20,712 nt of DNA. Source: Candidatus Eiseniibacteriota bacterium. Lineage in GTDB: Bacteria > Eisenbacteria > RBG-16-71-46. The notes under the pieces were generated by a model. It saw only the letters and a program-made list of their open reading frames with translations, did not search any database and had not been told where the DNA came from. Below are positions 9,129 through 15,216 of the stretch, in pieces. The position numbers and the translations under genes were made by a program. Every line of letters starts with the position of its first letter. Position 1 is the first letter of the stretch. Where the stretch lies: the NCBI GenBank assembly GCA_031364845.1, contig JANLWX010000024.1, positions 1 to 20,712 on the forward strand. Direction: 5' to 3'.

Positions 9129-9288
9129 CTTGTGTCCTGGCTCGGCGAGATGGTTCGGGAAACCAGTGTGTCGCCCGAGTGATCAGCCGGACGATCCAGT
9201 GGCTATAGCCCGGCCGCATTCCCGGCTGCCGATGTCCGAGATGCTCATGCTGGGCGCGCCACCATGGTTATTGATGGAGGCTGGGCAC

Positions 9289-10350
9289 ATGCGACTTCGT
9301 AAGCGTTCGCTGCTGATCGCATTGATGGCAGCAGGGCTGGGCCTCTCTGGCGAGGCAATAGCCGAGAAGTGCCCGGAAACATCATCGCCTCGCCTGGAAT
9401 ATCTCGCCGAACCCCGCTCTTATAGTGACAAGGCCCTCCAGTCGGAATCGGCCGCAGCCATCATCGGTTCCTTGGGGCTCACTTGGAGGACTCCCTGCGA
9501 CCGAGGTCGGGCAGTCCACGGCTACATTTCGCCCCGCTCTCGCTACTGCTTGCTGCTGTGGGGCTGTACACTGGACGACACCTTCGGGAGGAACTACCGG
9601 GCATGTCTGGTGGATTCCTGCGGTATGTCCCGTTGGACTCTCGACGTGGAGTCCGATGCGGACGCTGGTTTATCCAGCAATGGCACGGTCGCCTTCATGA
9701 GCCGAAGTGCGCACGGCGACTCGACCCGAGTCGGTTTTGTGGGGCCCGACGGACGTCGTCTTGGTACGTGGAGCACAACGCGCGATAGCCTTGAGGTACC
9801 CCACCGATGGTCCTGGTCCGTTCGTGAGTTCCTGCCTCATTCTCAAGATTTGGCAATACTAAGTGTGGGACCCCCGAGAGATCTCGCCAGCCTAAAAAGC
9901 AGTCCGCCGTCGTTGCGTCTCATTTCATCGACGGGCGAGCAACGCTGGAGTCATCACCTCCAGTCACCTAACTGCAATCGGCTGTATTTGAGCCCATCCG
10001 GCGCTCTCATCGTCGCCTACGGTCCGATCGCCTATGGTAACTCGGGGGAAACCACGCTGTCGGAGCACGAGATCCAGGTCTTCAACAAGCGCGGTGACCG
10101 GATCGCTCACATTCGCGGCCGCGGAGAATGGGAGCTACTGCGCCTTGCGGTGGATTCGAACGATCGGCTTCTCTACTACGATGCCGGCACTGTTACTGCG
10201 TTTGATCTCATTGCCGGCAAAGCGCTGCCCTCGCCGCCTGAGCAGCCGCTGGTGCGCTTGTCTCAATCTGACGATCCCGAGACCGCGAGCATGGCGTCCG
10301 CGCTCTTGGAGCGGCTCACAGAATACCGTGATGCACCGAAGCGCAGGTGA
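9289..10350 (+). CDS. Hypothetical secreted protein, possibly a beta-propeller
   Basis: GGAGG at 9276-9280 before ATG 9289; signal peptide MRLRKRSLLIALMAAGLGLSGEAIA; blade-like motifs (LSSNG.VAF, GEQRW, LSPSGALIV, VFNKRG). Confidence 0.65.
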   Translation: MRLRKRSLLIALMAAGLGLSGEAIAEKCPETSSPRLEYLAEPRSYSDKALQSESAAAIIGSLGLTWRTPCDRGRAVHGYISPRSRYCLLLWGCTLDDTFGRNYRACLVDSCGMSRWTLDVESDADAGLSSNGTVAFMSRSAHGDSTRVGFVGPDGRRLGTWSTTRDSLEVPHRWSWSVREFLPHSQDLAILSVGPPRDLASLKSSPPSLRLISSTGEQRWSHHLQSPNCNRLYLSPSGALIVAYGPIAYGNSGETTLSEHEIQVFNKRGDRIAHIRGRGEWELLRLAVDSNDRLLYYDAGTVTAFDLIAGKALPSPPEQPLVRLSQSDDPETASMASALLERLTEYRDAPKRR

Positions 10351-10440
10351 TCGAGGGCATGACGGAATCCAACACGCCGCCTCTAACCTCACTCGTGCGA
10401 CGAGATCGTTGGCTGGTCTAACCGCAGGGGGGTGATAGTG

Positions 10441-10565
10441 GGGGGTATGGAAACGCAGCTAGCTCGCGATGTTCGCCGCATGCACCTGCCCGAGCAGATG
10501 TCGCCCGAGTACCGCGCCGAGTTACTGCGAGCCCGCTGGCGACACAAGAACGGGCTTGAAGCGCG
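10441..10565 (+). repeat. 125-bp direct repeat, copy 1 (5' fragment of the gene at 12805); last 32 bp identical between copies
   Basis: Encodes METQLARDVRRMHLPEQMSPEYRAELLRARWRHKNGLEAR; matches 12799-12923. Confidence 0.92.
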
Positions 10566-12678
10566 GCGTATCCTTACGATGGCGACAGCCGGGTGGCTCA
10601 TCGCGGCGTCACTTCTGGCGGTCACGCCATGCCAGGGTGCGCCTACAACGCCCGAGCTACTTCGGTTTCGCGTACGGTCAGTCCTCTGGTCGAGCCATGG
10701 GTTCGGTGGCGAGAGGAACGAAACCACAGACTACTTCGACGTGCGGTCCGGCGACGACATCGACGGACCACGAGCGTACCCCGGGTGGCTTCCTTTCGGT
10801 CCTGGTGCGCCGTTCAGGCTCGGGAAGATTGTCGATAGGGATCACGCGTGGGTTCATTTCTCGGGCGGTATTAGGCCCCGAGCGTCGGCAATCGGCGGCG
10901 ACAAGCCATCGGGCGGCGACTCGATCATAGTCTCCACGGTCGATCGTTCGTTCACGAGTGGCAGCTACGACGGCGGCATTGTGTTCAGCCTGCGGATTGA
11001 GGGGACTGGTTCAGGCGGTGGGACAGGTGTTTCCGATGGAATGCAGATCATCCATCGCGGTCCTGTTGTCCTGGGTCGCGAAGGCTTCCGCGAACGCGTC
11101 GAGGATGCCGAGGCTATCGGGATCTTCAGGATCCTTGCAGTGCGTCCCGGGCGCGACAGCGTTCGCCGAGGAGACCGACACGTAGGAACCACCGAGTTGG
11201 AAGTCGTACCCGGTGAGCTTTGGAGACCTGGGCCTCTGGCCGTAGGGAAACCGTTAACGTTGATCCAGGAGTCCCCGCCTACAAACGATACGAGCTGGAC
11301 GCCAATGCCAGGATCCACCCCGATGCGCCGTGGCGATGACGTGATCCTGTTCCTTCTCCACGGGCGAAGCGGACCGCCCAAGGATCGCTGGACGTTCTCG
11401 ACCTACGGCGGCTACGGACTGCTCGCCAATCTGGGCAAGCTCGTGTTCAGCCATTTCGGGCGCGGCATCCCGATCGAGAAGTTTCGCGACGATGTTCGGC
11501 TCTCGGCGCGAATGACATTCAAGGCGGGTACGGGAATCCTTATGGGCCGGGTACTTCACGCAGGTTCGGGCAGACCGATTACAGGAGCCGCAGTACGCAT
11601 CCAAGGCAACGGCGCTGTCTCGCAGACCACTCCAGACGGCTGGTTCCAGCTGTTCGACATCCCTATCGGGCAGCACAGGCTGGTCGTGAATGATTCGCTC
11701 GGCGAGGTCTCGGCACCGATCGAAGTCACAGACGAGAGGGTCGACAGCCTCGAAGTACGCATTGCACAACCTGATGATGCGGCCCCTGCGACACCCGTTC
11801 AGGGTGGCGTCCCCGCGGATGGAGATTTCGGGACAGCGCGGCCGAAGAATTCCGATGGCTTTCAGCTACTTCGGCGACCCTACGACGTCGCGCCCATGCC
11901 GTTTCGACGCTCGGACCCGAGCTACCCCGAAGATGCGCGCAAGGCGGCGTTCGAAGGAGACGTCACCGTATACGCGCTGATTGACAGTCTTGGGTACATC
12001 GTCAGCGCGAGCAGCGAAGGTTCTATGTCACCTCAGATTCTTGCGGCGGCTGAAGCGTGTGTGCGGCGCTGGAAGTTTCGGCCCGCGCTAAAAGGCGGGC
12101 GTCCGGTCGAAAGTCGTATTGGGCTGAACGTGCACTTCGCGCACCCGGCCTCGGACAATATCGCCGCAATGGAGGATCGCAGGGCCCAGGACACCGCGAG
12201 CTTCGCCGGTGACTCCGGCTCGACCCGTTCGGAAATCGTCGTCGAGGCATCGGCGACCCTCGACTCCGTGACGAAGGAGTACCGTTATTACTATCGGGTC
12301 ATGAATCGGCCGGGATCGACCCGCGACCTGGTGGCATTTGCTCTCATGCCGGCGGCTGCGGCCGACATGAATCTCGACAAGCCCGAGGGCTGGAACGGGT
12401 TTCTCGGGTGCGGCGGGCGGCGTGATGTCATCGGCTGGATGGCATGGGGGGACGATCGGCACCGTGGTCGAATGGACTTCGCAATTGCGCCGAATCAAGA
12501 GCTTTCGGGCATCGGTTTCAGGTCAGCACGCCCACCAACGCGCATCCGATGGTTCGCTCAGACGGTTGCGCGCGGCGAACCTCCAAGCTTTGCTTGGGCC
12601 TGCGGGTCGAGTCACACGGAGATCATGCTCGAAACACCCCTACAGGGAACAATCGTGGGCCCGACCCCAGAACACTGA
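10447..12678 (+). CDS. Multidomain exported TonB-family protein (TIMP-like/OB region, carboxypeptidase-regulatory-like domain, TonB C-terminal domain); start uncertain (10447 as a fusion, or 10579)
   Basis: Signal-like RRILTMATAGWLIAASLLAVTPCQG follows a 40-aa foreign leader. GILMGRV...GRPITGAAVRI...TTPDGWFQLFDIPIG matches the carboxypeptidase-regulatory pattern. PSYPEDARKAAFEGDVTV..LID..G...VRRWKFRPA.KGGRPV...VHF matches TonB_C. Confidence 0.8.
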   Translation: METQLARDVRRMHLPEQMSPEYRAELLRARWRHKNGLEARRILTMATAGWLIAASLLAVTPCQGAPTTPELLRFRVRSVLWSSHGFGGERNETTDYFDVRSGDDIDGPRAYPGWLPFGPGAPFRLGKIVDRDHAWVHFSGGIRPRASAIGGDKPSGGDSIIVSTVDRSFTSGSYDGGIVFSLRIEGTGSGGGTGVSDGMQIIHRGPVVLGREGFRERVEDAEAIGIFRILAVRPGRDSVRRGDRHVGTTELEVVPGELWRPGPLAVGKPLTLIQESPPTNDTSWTPMPGSTPMRRGDDVILFLLHGRSGPPKDRWTFSTYGGYGLLANLGKLVFSHFGRGIPIEKFRDDVRLSARMTFKAGTGILMGRVLHAGSGRPITGAAVRIQGNGAVSQTTPDGWFQLFDIPIGQHRLVVNDSLGEVSAPIEVTDERVDSLEVRIAQPDDAAPATPVQGGVPADGDFGTARPKNSDGFQLLRRPYDVAPMPFRRSDPSYPEDARKAAFEGDVTVYALIDSLGYIVSASSEGSMSPQILAAAEACVRRWKFRPALKGGRPVESRIGLNVHFAHPASDNIAAMEDRRAQDTASFAGDSGSTRSEIVVEASATLDSVTKEYRYYYRVMNRPGSTRDLVAFALMPAAAADMNLDKPEGWNGFLGCGGRRDVIGWMAWGDDRHRGRMDFAIAPNQELSGIGFRSARPPTRIRWFAQTVARGEPPSFAWACGSSHTEIMLETPLQGTIVGPTPEH

Positions 12679-12798
12679 ATTTTCTAGTAGTCGAACGCGC
12701 GGAGTTCTTCAGAAGCTCGGACGCGGCCAACGTTCTCAACCAGCTTGCGGGCTTCCGGCACGGGCGTCTCGACTTGTTCCCGTCCGGGGACTGAATTT

Positions 12799-12923
12799 GG
12801 GGGTATGGAGATGCAGTTAGCTCGTGACATTCGTAGGATGCACCTTCCTGAGCGCATGACCCCTGAGTACCGTGCTGAGCTACTCCGCGCGCGCTGGCGA
12901 CACAAGAACGGGCTTGAAGCGCG
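12799..12923 (+). repeat. 125-bp direct repeat, copy 2
   Basis: Encodes MEMQLARDIRRMHLPERMTPEYRAELLRARWRHKNGLEAR; 12892-12923 is identical to 10534-10565. Confidence 0.92.
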
Positions 12924-13197
12924 CACCCTCGTGGCCTTGGCGCGTGCACCCACGGTCTTATCGGTCGCTCGGGATCGTATCCAACCGGATGACTTCTTGA
13001 CTCCGGCTTACGCTTTGGCGGCCGTGTTCCTCCTGGCAGCAACGCCGCAATCGCGGGAACTCGAACTCGTCCGGGACACGCTCGACGTTCGTCCGTATCT
13101 GCCGGAGTTCACTCCAGAAGAGTGGGAAACGGAGGCCGTCGAGCTTGTGAATGAGATTGTGCTGCGGCGGGAGAGGTGGGCTGGCGCGCGTTCCTGA
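12805..13197 (+). CDS. Hypothetical 130-aa helical protein with weak resemblance to the DnaG C-terminal / DnaB N-terminal helical domain
   Basis: Homology with copy 1 starts just before ATG 12805, and the differences are mostly synonymous, which supports coding. Pattern LEARTLVAL...P...ARDRIQPDDFLTPAY. The family call is tentative. Confidence 0.6.
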   Translation: MEMQLARDIRRMHLPERMTPEYRAELLRARWRHKNGLEARTLVALARAPTVLSVARDRIQPDDFLTPAYALAAVFLLAATPQSRELELVRDTLDVRPYLPEFTPEEWETEAVELVNEIVLRRERWAGARS

Positions 13198-13235
13198 CCG
13201 CAGCCGTGCAAGGCTGGTTTCGCCGGTCTGGCAGC

Positions 13236-13312
13236 GTGCTAGTTCTGTGTCAGTACGGAGCGCGTTCAAGAGGCTAAAGAGGCTCTGACGGCAGATCGGG
13301 GAAGCGTTCAAG
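13236..13312 (+). repeat. Putative arm-type and accessory repeats of the tRNA-Leu att site
   Basis: GTGCTAGT/GTGTCAGT (13236-13243, 13247-13254); AAGAGGCT twice (13268-13275, 13277-13284); GCGTTCAAG twice (13262-13270, 13304-13312). Confidence 0.45.
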
Positions 13313-13371
13313 TGCTTTCTCTTGCTCGCTCGTCCCACCTCGTTATCGAATGTTCCGAAGCCACGCCAGCC

Positions 13372-13431
13372 CTTAAAATCCGCTGGGGGAAACCCCGTGC
13401 AGGTTCGACTCCTGCTCTCGGCATGATGTTC
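13372..13431 (+). repeat. attR-like 60-bp direct repeat (displaced 3' half of tRNA-Leu)
   Basis: Identical to 4378-4437; the upstream sequence has no tRNA 5' half. Confidence 0.95.
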
Positions 13432-13555
13432 GCGGGATTCGAAAGGGCGTTGTTCGGACTCGGCGCCCCAGGACGTGAGGCTTTTGCGCCCCATCGCGAC
13501 GCCCGCTATCGTGCTCGGCGTCAAGACGCCACGCCCAACTCCCCTCGGAATACCG

Positions 13556-15214
13556 ATGCCCAAGCCCGTTCTCTTCACGGTCGATGATGATCCCGATGTT
13601 CTCGCCGCGATCGCGCGGGACCTGCGCGCGCGATACGGCAAGGACTTCCGGATTCTGCGCGCCGACTCGGCGCAGGCCGCACTCGATGCGCTCGTCGAAT
13701 TGCGCCAGCGCGGCGACCCGGTGGCGCTGCTGCTCTCGGATCAGCGCATGCCCGTCACGGACGGCGTGGCGTTCCTCGCGACGGCGAAGGAGATGTTCCC
13801 GGCGGCCAAGCGGGTGCTGCTGACGGCGTACGCCGACACCGAATCGGCGATCCACGCGATCAACCGTTCGCAGGTCGACTACTACCTGACGAAGCCGTGG
13901 GATCCTCCGGCGGAGAAGCTCTATCCGGTGCTCGACGACCTGCTCGACGACTGGCGCGCGTCGTTCCGTCCTCCGTTCGATGGCGTGCGCGTGGTGTCGG
14001 ACCGGTGGTCGGCGGCCTCGCACGAGCTGCGCGACTTCCTGTCGCGCCATCGGGTGTCGTACAAGTTTCTCGACATCGAGACGTCGGACGAGGGCCGCGA
14101 GTTGTTTGCGGCCGCCGGCGGTGATCCAGCGCTGCTGCCGCTCGCGCTGCTGCCCGACGGACAACGGCTCACGGCCGCGACACCGACGGCGATCGCGGGT
14201 CACATCGGATTGCGCACGCGCGCCGAGTTGCCGGTCTACGATCTCGCGATCGTGGGCGCGGGGCCTGCGGGTCTGGCGGCGGCGGTCTATGGCGGCTCCG
14301 AGGGCTTGAACACGGTGCTGATCGAGCGTCAGGCGCCGGGCGGACAGGCGGGCACCAGCAGCCTGATCGAGAACTATCTCGGATTTCCGGCCGGGCTCTC
14401 GGGCTCGGACCTCACGCGCCGCGCAGTGATCCAGGCGAAGAAGTTCGGCGTCGAGATCATCGTGCCGCAGGACGTGAGCGCGCTGCGGATCGAAGGGCCG
14501 TACAAGCACCTCACGCTCGCCGACGGCAACACGATCGCGTGTCACGTGCTGATGCTGTCGATGGGTGTTTCATGGAACCGGCTCCCGGCCGCGGGCGCGG
14601 CGCAGCTTGCGGGGCGCGGGATCTACTACGGTGCCGCGATCGCCGAAGCGATGCTGTGCAAGAACGAGACGGTGTATCTGGTCGGCGCCGGGAATTCGGC
14701 CGGGCAGGCCGCGATGTACTTCGTCGAGCACGCGGCGCGTGTGGTGATCCTGGTGCGCGGCAATTCGCTCGCGGCCAAGATGTCGAAGTATCTGGTCGAT
14801 CGCATCACGAACACGCCCGAGATCACCGTCCGCTTGAACACCGAAGTACTCGAGTGCCACGGCACCGAACGGCTCGAGGAGTTGACGCTGGTCGATCGCG
14901 TGTCCCAGACGACCGAGCGCCTGCCCGCATCGTTCCTGTTCGTGTTCCTCGGTGCGGCTCCGCTCACGAACTGGTTGTCCGGCGTCATCGCGCTCGACGA
15001 GCGCGGGTTCGTGCTCACGGGGCCCGATCTCGATCGCGAACGCGATCTGGAACACTGGCCGATCGAGCGCGCGCCGTTCCTGCTCGAAGCGAACGTGCCC
15101 GGCATCTTCGCCGCCGGGGATGCGCGCCACGAGTCGGTGAAGCGCGTCGCCTCGGCGGTGGGAGAGGGTTCGGTGGCCGTCCACTTCATGCACCGATATC
15201 TGGCGGAAGTGTAG
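13556..15214 (+). CDS. Fused response-regulator receiver / thioredoxin-reductase-like FAD oxidoreductase
   Basis: Receiver motifs VDDD, LSDQRMP, LTAY, YLTKPW; flavoprotein motifs IVGAGPAGLAAA, GGQAGTSSLIENYLGFP, VGAGNSAGQAA, GIFAAGDAR. ATG 13556 chosen because the receiver domain starts there. Confidence 0.92.
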   Translation: MPKPVLFTVDDDPDVLAAIARDLRARYGKDFRILRADSAQAALDALVELRQRGDPVALLLSDQRMPVTDGVAFLATAKEMFPAAKRVLLTAYADTESAIHAINRSQVDYYLTKPWDPPAEKLYPVLDDLLDDWRASFRPPFDGVRVVSDRWSAASHELRDFLSRHRVSYKFLDIETSDEGRELFAAAGGDPALLPLALLPDGQRLTAATPTAIAGHIGLRTRAELPVYDLAIVGAGPAGLAAAVYGGSEGLNTVLIERQAPGGQAGTSSLIENYLGFPAGLSGSDLTRRAVIQAKKFGVEIIVPQDVSALRIEGPYKHLTLADGNTIACHVLMLSMGVSWNRLPAAGAAQLAGRGIYYGAAIAEAMLCKNETVYLVGAGNSAGQAAMYFVEHAARVVILVRGNSLAAKMSKYLVDRITNTPEITVRLNTEVLECHGTERLEELTLVDRVSQTTERLPASFLFVFLGAAPLTNWLSGVIALDERGFVLTGPDLDRERDLEHWPIERAPFLLEANVPGIFAAGDARHESVKRVASAVGEGSVAVHFMHRYLAEV

Positions 15215-15216
15215 GC

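Larger units (their letters stand above)
4378..13431. mobile_element. ~9 kb genomic island integrated in tRNA-Leu(TAA); no integrase recognised
   Basis: The flanking 60-bp repeat begins exactly at the 7-nt anticodon loop, a known tyrosine-integrase crossover position. Interior genes visibly use more A/T-ending codons than the flanks. Gene fragments and a second tRNA fragment lie inside. Confidence 0.9.

Noticed and set aside
9141..9179. Imperfect hairpin after the orphan fragment; similar ones near 4244-4268, 13445-13469 and 19617-19670
   Set aside because: No U-tract and not repeated; hairpins are expected by chance at this GC level.
10367..10414. attC-like pair ATCCAAC...GTTGGCT after the 9289 gene
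   Set aside because: Only 48 bp, no L boxes, not repeated after other island genes, and no intI.
14539..15216. N-terminal 226 codons of the 1049-aa ORF call
   Set aside because: Overlaps the oxidoreductase gene in another frame; the antiporter plausibly starts at ATG 15217. Similar extensions at 9091, 12745, 13475, 17649 and 18770 were trimmed.
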